A DNA stretch of 64,000 bases from IMG/VR virus record IMGVR_UViG_3300042888_002665; one strand, written 5' to 3'. A program made the translations under genes and the position numbers. Below, piece after piece: positions 56,778 through 64,000 of the stretch. The notes beneath the pieces are model-generated. The model searched no databases. It saw nothing but the letters and a program-made list of their open reading frames with translations, and was not told the origin of the DNA. How positions within the stretch are numbered: position 1 is the first letter of the stretch; every line of letters starts with the position of its first letter. This DNA comes from a virus.

Positions 56778-58132
56778 TAAGCTACGAGACCCTTTTGGTC
56801 TATTAATAATTTTAATTCTTCAGCTAATACATCAGGTTCTAAAGTAAACGAGTACGAACTTTGTAATACTTCTTGATCTAATCTATTTTTAGCTATCATA
56901 TATCTACGTTTATTACCCTTTACTATAAATCTAGAATTAACTTCTTCACGTACAAAAAATCTAAATCCTTTATAATCGTATCCTTCTAAATAACCCAACC
57001 CATTACCTAATATTTCTTTACTACTATATTGATCTAATAAATCTTCTACAGGATCTAAAGAATTTTTCGCATTAAATCTATCTTCAGCACTATTATTACT
57101 ACTACTTAAAGAATCAGATGGATTACTTGTAGATGGATTAGGACCAGTATCTGATTCAGGTAGAAGAGATTCAGGATTATTAGTTAATAAATCATCTATA
57201 GGTAGTAATCTACTCTCTTGATAATCTAAATCTCTAAGTAATTCTGCTAAAATCTGAGATATAATTCCTAGTAAAACTACTAGTGCTAATTTAATATCTT
57301 CTAATTTTTTATCTTTATTAGCCGCTAACGTAGTAATACCTACAGTAGCAAAAGTAGTAGGAATTGGATTTATTTTAAATAATGCTAAGATTACATCAAG
57401 TATAGGAAGTAGTAATTGAACCACATCCACAATCTGTTTAATTTTTTTTAATCGTTCTCTATTTTGTCCTATAATTGTTTTAGCATTACTTACTAATAAT
57501 CTTGCTTTTGTGATATCACCTTCATTTTGGATGTTACGAATAAAATCATTAACTCTATCTACTAAATTTTCAATTTTTTTATTACTTATAGTAGTATTAG
57601 CTATAATAAAATTAGATACCGCACCTAATGCTAAAATTATAGAAGTTGGATTAACTTTTGGTTTATTGCCAAATTTTACAAAATTTTTAGCAGCTTCCGA
57701 TTTATCTAAAAGAAGTCGTTTTTTAGTTAAATAGTTTGTTTTTAATTGATTTAAATATGCTTTAGGTTGGTTTTGTAATTCTAAACGTTTAATATTTAAA
57801 TTATCACCTAAAATTTTTAATTCGTCAGTACGAGAATTTTCTATTAGTTGGATTTTAATTCCTTTTTCAAATTCAGTTAAAGATTTATCTTTATTAACTT
57901 TAGATGCGGCTTTTCTTGCTCGTACTTCAACATCTAATATTTTATTACCTAAATCTTTTGATTCAGATATTAGTTTTGCTATTGCTGCTGTTTTTGCTAA
58001 TTCAAAGCTTTCCTTTAACGGACCGTTTTTTAAATCTAAATAACGTTTAGCATTACTAACTAAATTTTCTTTAGTTCCATTAGCTAATCCTTTAACATCT
58101 TCTTTTTTAGGAATTAATTTATCAAGTATCAT
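56777..58132 (-). CDS. Helical baseplate-region protein
   Basis: 451 aa; basic coiled-coil N-terminus, hydrophobic central helices, and C-terminal Y.GF...V......KR.Y..A......L.S..SFT. Confidence 0.55.
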   Translation of the reverse strand: MILDKLIPKKEDVKGLANGTKENLVSNAKRYLDLKNGPLKESFELAKTAAIAKLISESKDLGNKILDVEVRARKAASKVNKDKSLTEFEKGIKIQLIENSRTDELKILGDNLNIKRLELQNQPKAYLNQLKTNYLTKKRLLLDKSEAAKNFVKFGNKPKVNPTSIILALGAVSNFIIANTTISNKKIENLVDRVNDFIRNIQNEGDITKARLLVSNAKTIIGQNRERLKKIKQIVDVVQLLLPILDVILALFKINPIPTTFATVGITTLAANKDKKLEDIKLALVVLLGIISQILAELLRDLDYQESRLLPIDDLLTNNPESLLPESDTGPNPSTSNPSDSLSSSNNSAEDRFNAKNSLDPVEDLLDQYSSKEILGNGLGYLEGYDYKGFRFFVREEVNSRFIVKGNKRRYMIAKNRLDQEVLQSSYSFTLEPDVLAEELKLLIDQKGLVA

Positions 58133-59313
58133 ATAGTGTATGATTTAGAAGATAATAAAGTTTGTAAATCCTGTGTTTCTGCTGTTATATAATTTAACGA
58201 TGTTATTAATGATAATCCAGCTTTATTAACAGATATTAATGGAGTTCCTGGAGGGGTTGAAACTACTGATGATAATGCAGTTGATAGATTTTTTAATTCT
58301 TTAATTATATGTGATAATAATTTTACAGTTTCATTACCTTTTAATAAAGGTTCAACTGCTATATTACCTAGTGGGTCTAATCCTAGAATAATTTTAGGAG
58401 CTTCTAATAATATATCTTTTGAAGAGTTTAAATAAATAGTATTAGATGAAGATAAACCAATTCCATTAGCATATAATAATATTTCATCATTTTTTGCATT
58501 TAATACTACTCTATCCCCAGATAATATAACTTGGGAATTAATATATAATTCAGGGGATATAGGATTAAATAACTTATTTGACTTTAAGGTTCTAATCCTT
58601 AAGGGAATTTTTTGAGTTGATGTAAGATATATAGATGATTTATCTATATTAGGATCTTCTACATACGGTTTAAGAGAATCAGGTTGAAAATCATGACCAT
58701 TTGTAATTAATGTTATAGGATCACCATTACCCCCAGTAATACTCCAAAAATTCTCATTTGTATTATATTTTGTTGTACTTGAAAAACGTAAAGAATTTCC
58801 ATTTCTACCTTCAAATATAGTATCTCCTTCAAAAGGAAGTAGTGGATTTATATTTGAATTTTCAGTAAATGTACCCCCCAATTTAATATCATTAGTTAAA
58901 TTATTAGCTGGTTGGGAATTATGGTGATTATTATTCCATAGATTAATTACACTGATATAATATTTTTCATTTTTATATTGATTATCTTGGGTATCAGGAG
59001 ATGGAAGGTCAAATAATAATACTAATTCTTCTCGTAAAGGAATATGTTTTTGATTTGGGAAAAAATTTTTAGCTACTTTACAATCTATGAGCCTAACATT
59101 TGATGTATTTTTATTAGTTGGATAATCTAGATAAAATATAGTACCAACTCCTCCCCACTCTCCATATTTTTGAAATACTTCCTTACCAGGAGTATTTTCA
59201 TCCATAATTACAGCAAAGACTTTACCAACTGAATATAAAGAATTATTAGAAATTGAAGTACCTCCTAGTTGATTACTTAAACTACCTCCAATACTAGCTC
59301 TTGCTGTCCTCAT
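58129..59313 (-). CDS. Baseplate hub/central spike (gp5-like, no lysozyme domain seen)
   Basis: P...E.V.L, YY...INLWN..HHN, L.PFEGD.I.EGR.G.S.RF, short beta repeats and EP.L.G...V; upstream of gp25. Confidence 0.6.
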   Translation of the reverse strand: MRTARASIGGSLSNQLGGTSISNNSLYSVGKVFAVIMDENTPGKEVFQKYGEWGGVGTIFYLDYPTNKNTSNVRLIDCKVAKNFFPNQKHIPLREELVLLFDLPSPDTQDNQYKNEKYYISVINLWNNNHHNSQPANNLTNDIKLGGTFTENSNINPLLPFEGDTIFEGRNGNSLRFSSTTKYNTNENFWSITGGNGDPITLITNGHDFQPDSLKPYVEDPNIDKSSIYLTSTQKIPLRIRTLKSNKLFNPISPELYINSQVILSGDRVVLNAKNDEILLYANGIGLSSSNTIYLNSSKDILLEAPKIILGLDPLGNIAVEPLLKGNETVKLLSHIIKELKNLSTALSSVVSTPPGTPLISVNKAGLSLITSLNYITAETQDLQTLLSSKSYTI

Positions 59314-59668
59314 TTATTTTATTTTCTATTGGTTTATTTATACTATCACCAATTTTTTGGACTTCACCTCTAATTTGGTCTAGTTCAGCTTCACTTAAAA
59401 AATCATCAGAACCACCACCACTATTATTCATAGCACGTTGTACAATTCCAGCCATCTTAATTAATGAATCATCATTTTTAACAGATACATCAAGATACTC
59501 TTTAATCAACGGAACAACCATTAGAGCCGATTGAGTATCAGTTACTAATGGTTTAAGACTTGTAATTAAATCTTTTATTTGTTTTTCCTTTTCTCGAGAA
59601 TTATCGTATATATTCTTTAAAAGATCAGAAAATGATTTCTGACCGAATATTTTTTGTTCAAAATCCAT
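59294..59668 (-). CDS. Conserved helical protein (possible terminase small subunit)
   Basis: 124 aa, helix-rich (IKEYL.V.VKNDD.LIK.A.IVQR); no direct motif proof. Confidence 0.4.
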   Translation of the reverse strand: MDFEQKIFGQKSFSDLLKNIYDNSREKEKQIKDLITSLKPLVTDTQSALMVVPLIKEYLDVSVKNDDSLIKMAGIVQRAMNNSGGGSDDFLSEAELDQIRGEVQKIGDSINKPIENKINEDSKS

Positions 59669-59681
59669 AATATTTATTTAT

Positions 59682-59690
59682 TATAAATAT
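59682..59690 (-). promoter_or_regulatory. ATATTTATA putative late promoter
   Basis: Upstream of ATG 59668, just after the sigma-like gene. Confidence 0.6.
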
Positions 59691-59696
59691 ATTTTT

Positions 59697-60452
59697 TTAG
59701 ATTTTTACAAACCCTGTTTCGTAGTATTCGTTATATAAGTTATAATATACTTTCTTTAATACTTTTATTACTTTAGTTATTTGAAAAGTATCAACATCAA
59801 TCATCTCACGAATATAAATGTAAATAGCCTTTTTATTAAATATTTCTAAATTCTCACGTTTGCGAAATAGTTCTAAAATTACATCTGCTGTTTTTTGATC
59901 TTGGATTCTTGGGAAATATTTTTCAAGATAAGTATCCATATAGCGAACAAAATAGGAAATAAAATCATTCAAATCAGCATCATTATTAGACTCACGAACT
60001 AAATCTTCAACAATAACTTTATCTTCATCTACTTCTTCTAAAGTACCTTTACCTTTTATTTTTTTATAATTTTTTTCATTATAAATAATCAAATAACGTT
60101 TAGCAATAGTTCCGAAATAAGAATATGCTTTACCTTTAGATTGATCATATAAATGAAGTTTTTCTAAAAGAAAAGCTACTACCTCATGTTTTAACTCATT
60201 AATAGTATCAACATCAGTATAATAAAACTTAAATGTATGAATGATATTTTCTGCTAATTTATGAAAAGCATAATCAATGCGTTGATCAAATATATGATTA
60301 CGATTATCTTGATCTTTAGAGGCTAAATATTCTATAATTGCTTCTTCAGTATCTGAAGTAAAATATAGAATTGATTTTTTAGGTTTACGTTTACGTATTG
60401 TTCCTTTTTTAGTTAAAAGTACCTCTTCTTCTGGAGGGGATATTAAATCCAT
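59697..60452 (-). CDS. Phage sigma-factor-like protein (gp55/sigma70 region 2-like)
   Basis: L.HE...FLLEK..LYDQSKGKAYSYFGTIAKRYLI resembles the region 2 FDP.KG..F.TY / gp55 FAYFT motif; helical C-terminus. Confidence 0.65.
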   Translation of the reverse strand: MDLISPPEEEVLLTKKGTIRKRKPKKSILYFTSDTEEAIIEYLASKDQDNRNHIFDQRIDYAFHKLAENIIHTFKFYYTDVDTINELKHEVVAFLLEKLHLYDQSKGKAYSYFGTIAKRYLIIYNEKNYKKIKGKGTLEEVDEDKVIVEDLVRESNNDADLNDFISYFVRYMDTYLEKYFPRIQDQKTADVILELFRKRENLEIFNKKAIYIYIREMIDVDTFQITKVIKVLKKVYYNLYNEYYETGFVKI

Positions 60453-60453
60453 A

Positions 60454-60738
60454 TTAATTGTTTCGAGTTTTGAAAGAATTCAATTGTGTTTGAATTTCTT
60501 GTAATGTCTCAAAGAAAAAACCAATATCATCATCTGCTTTAAATGCTTGTGCAACTTCAGACTCCCCTATTTTTTTATTTGATAATTCTATAAGTTCAGA
60601 AATATTAGTAATATATTGATTTTGTTGATCAACAATTTTTTCTAATTGTTCTGTTTTTAAAAATAAATTATAGCACGCATATGATACGGCTATAATTAAT
60701 GTAATTAAAGTATATAATATAATTTCCATATCAATCAA
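60454..60738 (-). CDS. Membrane-anchored coiled-coil hypothetical protein
   Basis: N-terminal TM helix, then coiled coil and F..DD..G.FF. Confidence 0.55.
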   Translation of the reverse strand: MIDMEIILYTLITLIIAVSYACYNLFLKTEQLEKIVDQQNQYITNISELIELSNKKIGESEVAQAFKADDDIGFFFETLQEIQTQLNSFKTRNN

Positions 60739-61492
60739 AAAATGTATTCATAATGTCCTTTAAATTGGAATTTTCAGGGACATTTATTTGTACTGGTTTT
60801 TTATTTGGTTGAGAAATTGTTTGTTTTGGTTGTTCAACCGGGGTTCCGTTTAATTTATCTAACCACTCACGTTCGAATTCAATACGTGCTGCTAATAAAT
60901 CAGCCTGGTGGATGATGAATGGTAATGATGTACGTAATTTGGTTTCTGGGCCCCACGACAGTAAATAAGATTTATTAGATTCATCATATAAACCATCGTG
61001 TAACTTAATAGCTAACCATTCATTTTTAGAAACTTCAACACCAATTTGAGATAATAACCACAAACCTCGGTCTGGAACGGTCATGTAATCCATTTGAGTA
61101 TTAAAAGTATATATCTCACCTCTATTCTTAACATGCCATTCAGACGGATTTGGTAAAACAGCTTCGTGTTCTAATGTACCAAATTTACCTAAATCATGAT
61201 TTAAAGCAGAAAATACTACCTCTTCAGTAGTATATGTAGGTTTAACATCAAATTTTCTCCAAATCGAATCTATCTCCAAACTAGCTGATACCACACGATT
61301 AACATGTTCGATATACCCTCCAGGGAAACAATTGTGATATTGCGGTTTATGTGATGCAGGTAATAATATAAAGCGTTCTTCATATTTATTATAAAAATCA
61401 ATTAACCGTTTTTGACGATCACCAATAATATATTGTTCAATATAACCTAAAAATTGTTGCCAGTTTTCTAGCAATTGTTCTTCATTTAACAT
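60731..61492 (-). CDS. HD-domain phosphohydrolase
   Basis: H...PGG..EHV.RV, HDLGK, I.LHDG and HQAD motifs. Confidence 0.85.
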   Translation of the reverse strand: MLNEEQLLENWQQFLGYIEQYIIGDRQKRLIDFYNKYEERFILLPASHKPQYHNCFPGGYIEHVNRVVSASLEIDSIWRKFDVKPTYTTEEVVFSALNHDLGKFGTLEHEAVLPNPSEWHVKNRGEIYTFNTQMDYMTVPDRGLWLLSQIGVEVSKNEWLAIKLHDGLYDESNKSYLLSWGPETKLRTSLPFIIHQADLLAARIEFEREWLDKLNGTPVEQPKQTISQPNKKPVQINVPENSNLKDIMNTFFD

Positions 61493-61509
61493 AACCTATT
61501 TTATTTTAA

Positions 61510-61701
61510 TTAAACGTATGATGAAAACTCATCATGTTCTAAAGAAACAGTTGAGCGTAAATCCTCAATTTTTTCCTTCATATCACTTAATGTTTGTAAT
61601 AACGAGTCAGAACTCTCACCTCGTGAAAGTTGAAAATCCAATGTACGGTTTAGATTTTCTAATTGATTTATTTTATTTAAAACTTGTTCCTTATACCTCA
61701 T
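61510..61701 (-). CDS. Small coiled-coil hypothetical protein
   Basis: 63 aa, heptad pattern, followed closely by the HD gene. Confidence 0.55.
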   Translation of the reverse strand: MRYKEQVLNKINQLENLNRTLDFQLSRGESSDSLLQTLSDMKEKIEDLRSTVSLEHDEFSSYV

Positions 61702-61839
61702 ATTCTAATACATTTATACGTATATACGCGTTTGGTTAATGTTTGCAAACGTTTGCAACGTTTTGCGTTTATTTTCTAATCGTTTGGGTTTCAAACTACC
61801 CCAACGTTTAAATATACGTGGGACAGTTTTGGTGCCAAA

Positions 61840-62124
61840 TTACTTCTTGGATTTCTTTAATAATTTTTTAGATTCCTTAATCATTTCTTGCAAATCAATT
61901 GCTCTAAATGGAAATGAAAAATACTTGTTTTCCTCAGCATTTTTTAAAATATCATCCTCTTGTGGATCATCCGTAATAAAAAATGTAAATTGAGCCTTTC
62001 CAGGCATTGCGTCTAGTAAATCGGTTGAAGAAATTTCACGATCCAAACCATTATCTTTAAATAAAGTATTTACACCGTTTACAAAAGCTGCTTTATTAGC
62101 ATCTTTAAATAGATATGTTGCCAT
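61840..62124 (-). CDS. Hypothetical protein
   Basis: 94 aa with an ATATTTAT motif upstream. Confidence 0.6.
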   Translation of the reverse strand: MATYLFKDANKAAFVNGVNTLFKDNGLDREISSTDLLDAMPGKAQFTFFITDDPQEDDILKNAEENKYFSFPFRAIDLQEMIKESKKLLKKSKK

Positions 62125-62146
62125 ATTAAAATTTTATTTGTTTAAT

Positions 62147-62155
62147 AATAAATAT
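62147..62155 (-). promoter_or_regulatory. ATATTTATT putative late promoter
   Basis: Upstream of ATG 62124. Confidence 0.5.
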
Positions 62156-62168
62156 ATAAATTGATAAT

Positions 62169-62639
62169 TTACGCGAGATCCTCGTTAGGTATGCCTAAAA
62201 CTTTAAAAATCACGTCACGCGCAACATTAAAATTTACCGCAAAACCTTCGCGATTATCCTCTACTCTATAATCTGAAAGTAAATCATGGATTTCTTGTTC
62301 GGCTACATAAGGATTCTGGGTAAACCAAAAATCACGTACTTGCCATGGTGTAATAACACCCGTAGCAGAATTAATCTCATTTAAACGGTCGGTAACCGAA
62401 CGCTCAGTAAATCCAATCTTAAAAATACCGGGTACCGACGTATTTTGTAGAATATAGATGTGACCCGTAGTAAATGGTGATTTTTTAGAACCATATTTTT
62501 TCTTAAAATAGCGCACATTCCACGCATTATTTCCATCGTCGACAAAATCGTAACCTCTAGCTGATCGAACGTTATCTCGTACTTGTTGAGCGTTCATCTC
62601 GTAAAATTCTGATGTGTCCTTACCTGTTAAATTTTCCAT
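62169..62639 (-). CDS. T5orf172/MUG113 (GIY-YIG-related) domain protein
   Basis: G.IYIL.N...PG.FKIG.T......RL.E.N..TGV..P...E..IH..L...RV...RE.F motif. Confidence 0.88.
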   Translation of the reverse strand: MENLTGKDTSEFYEMNAQQVRDNVRSARGYDFVDDGNNAWNVRYFKKKYGSKKSPFTTGHIYILQNTSVPGIFKIGFTERSVTDRLNEINSATGVITPWQVRDFWFTQNPYVAEQEIHDLLSDYRVEDNREGFAVNFNVARDVIFKVLGIPNEDLA

Positions 62640-62841
62640 TTTATGTTTATTTATTTTTCATAACCTGGGAATGTGATAAGGACATTTCGTATATACAATT
62701 AGGTTTACCAAAAATTTTGTAGAGGTTAAAATTTGAAATCTCGGATTTTTATCCCAAAAGGGTTATTTTGGAATTTGATATTTCCTTATTACGTTCAAAC
62801 TGTTGAAACGTTATTTGACTTATTGGTTATATTTGTATATA

Positions 62842-63065
62842 CGAGGCGCGGGGTGTAAAGTTGTGTACGTGTTGAGAGTGCGTGGGGTTAAGACACGCGC
62901 CTACCCGCCGCGCGTAGGGACCGCGGCCATCGTGGGATCAACCCGCGCACGAGCCGCGGTCGACCCGCTAGCGTCCGTCTCCTTTTAGATTTTTTTGATA
63001 AGCGCGATATTTTTGTGATACACGGGAAGCCGCACGTCTTTTTGTGACATGCGGCTCCGTGCGGA
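62842..63065 (+). ncRNA. Candidate GC-rich structured non-coding RNA (or structured DNA element)
   Basis: Sharp GC rise with stems AGGCGCG/CGCGCCT, CCTAC/GTAGG, GACCGCGGC/GCCGCGGTC and AGCCGCA/TGCGGCT; TATATTTG lies just upstream (62828-62835). Confidence 0.4.
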
Positions 63066-63290
63066 AGGAAATATATAATTGGGTGAATTATCGAACTTTG
63101 GTGTAATACGTTACATTACCAGCATCATCCATATGATAGGCATGAACGTGTGACTCGATTTGGTATTTTGCAATACGGTGTATAGAACTGAATACTACCT
63201 GCTTATACGCACGTGATTTGGGATTTGTCAATTTGGTCATGTGTTATATTAGTTAATGTTAGTTACTTAGACGGATTGAATTGGTAATGG

Positions 63291-63656
63291 CTATTCAGCC
63301 ACTACCTTTGATTTAACCTTGGTCTTAGCCTTAGTAGGCACTTCAACTACAATCGCTTTAGGACGTCCTAACTTTAATGTCCCGTTTGCACGACGAGCTT
63401 CTAAATCAGCGATTCGCTTTGCACGAGCGCTTTCTGGATTAACTGGACGACCACGCTTAATATCTAGACCTAATGCTTGCTTCATTAATCGCATTTCGCT
63501 TTTAATAGCATTCATTGAACCTGGAACTGATGGACGACCACGCTTGATTAAACCTGCTTCACGCTTTGCTTGAATTTCTTTCAAACGGATTTGACGTGCT
63601 GAATTCTCGTTTACTGGACGACCTAATTGTGCTGTTTTGTTTTCTTGATTTTTCAT
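63291..63656 (-). CDS. Basic protein with four AT-hook-like GRP motifs
   Basis: LGRPV, KRGRPS, KRGRPV and LGRPK arranged as two ~40 aa repeats. Confidence 0.7.
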   Translation of the reverse strand: MKNQENKTAQLGRPVNENSARQIRLKEIQAKREAGLIKRGRPSVPGSMNAIKSEMRLMKQALGLDIKRGRPVNPESARAKRIADLEARRANGTLKLGRPKAIVVEVPTKAKTKVKSKVVAE

Positions 63657-63726
63657 CTTGTTTTTGTTTATTTGTTAGTTATATGTTTTATTATGATGTA
63701 AATGTAACTTGGAAACCTATTGGAAC

Positions 63727-63972
63727 CTAATCTTTTAAATTAACAGCTCCATATGCTGTTACTATTGATCCGAACACTAGAACGATTACCCAATCGGTGT
63801 CTTGATTATATAGGAATCCGTAACATGCAATTACTACTAGCGTTACACCTAATTTTAGAAGCAATGATGCACTGTTTTTCTTGGTTTTAACCTGTTTCTC
63901 GGCTGCGATCTTAGCTAAACGATCTTTGTCATCAGCCCACTGTTCGAATTGTCTTGATTGTTTTGTCAACAT
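63727..63972 (-). CDS. Small membrane protein
   Basis: 81 aa with two C-terminal hydrophobic helices. Confidence 0.55.
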   Translation of the reverse strand: MLTKQSRQFEQWADDKDRLAKIAAEKQVKTKKNSASLLLKLGVTLVVIACYGFLYNQDTDWVIVLVFGSIVTAYGAVNLKD

Positions 63973-64000
63973 GTCTTTTTATTTAGTTAGTTAATTATTT

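Noticed and set aside
62803-62988. 61 aa + strand ORF over the GC-rich island
   Set aside because: It has a non-ATG start, GC-rich codons unlike the rest of the genome and no motif. The region is better explained by base-paired stems.
62840-63070. tRNA or SRP RNA in the GC-rich island
   Set aside because: No cloverleaf or T-loop GTTCRA. CGGAAGGAA at ~63062-63070 resembles the SRP loop but lacks the following GCAG and the upstream UCAGG pairing.
1014-63573. Many short + strand or off-frame ORFs in the track (e.g. 1014..1430, 3183..3422, 22190..22642, 37304..37705, 63319..63573)
   Set aside because: They are shadow ORFs antisense to or overlapping long, motif-bearing minus-strand genes. Their sequences are low-complexity mirror images with no promoter or family motif.
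1-64000. Stop-codon reassignment (TAG/TGA recoding), known in some large phages
   Set aside because: Long core genes are intact in code 11, coding density is high, and TAG is used as a true stop (e.g. phoH at 17596).

Overview
This AT-rich 64 kb window is from a large T4-like (myovirus, probably jumbo) bacteriophage genome. Almost all genes are on the minus strand and use the standard genetic code. In + coordinate order it contains: a tail-fibre/adhesin gene array (1-14.3 kb); neck and tail-terminator genes (gp15/gp14/gp13-like) and phoH; an inverted + strand pair (RadA/Sms-like ATPase and DUF932); the head module (major capsid, scaffold, prohead protease, portal, large terminase); about 13 kb of accessory genes (lipase, nucleotide kinase, FAD oxidoreductase, nuclease-like protein, kinase-HAD fusion, nucleotidyltransferase-zincin fusion); a PD-(D/E)xK exonuclease, primase and GIY-YIG protein; the baseplate module (gp6, gp25, gp5-like hub, large wedge proteins); a sigma-like factor, HD protein and T5orf172 protein; and a GC-rich hairpin-rich non-coding island. 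A-rich start regions without Shine-Dalgarno sequences and a TAnnTTTG box suggest a Bacteroidota host (inference). Main leads: (1) many non-structural proteins carry N-terminal leaders and inter-domain [ILM]-x-E sites matching T4 gp21 protease specificity, which suggests a capsid-packaged, protease-processed polyprotein cargo system; (2) one baseplate gene appears split around inserted FN3/Pro-Thr modules; (3) an ATATTTAT motif lies upstream of about 19 genes and is the reverse complement of the T4 late promoter; (4) there are several candidate structured RNAs. All family assignments come from motifs recognised by eye; no database searches were run.
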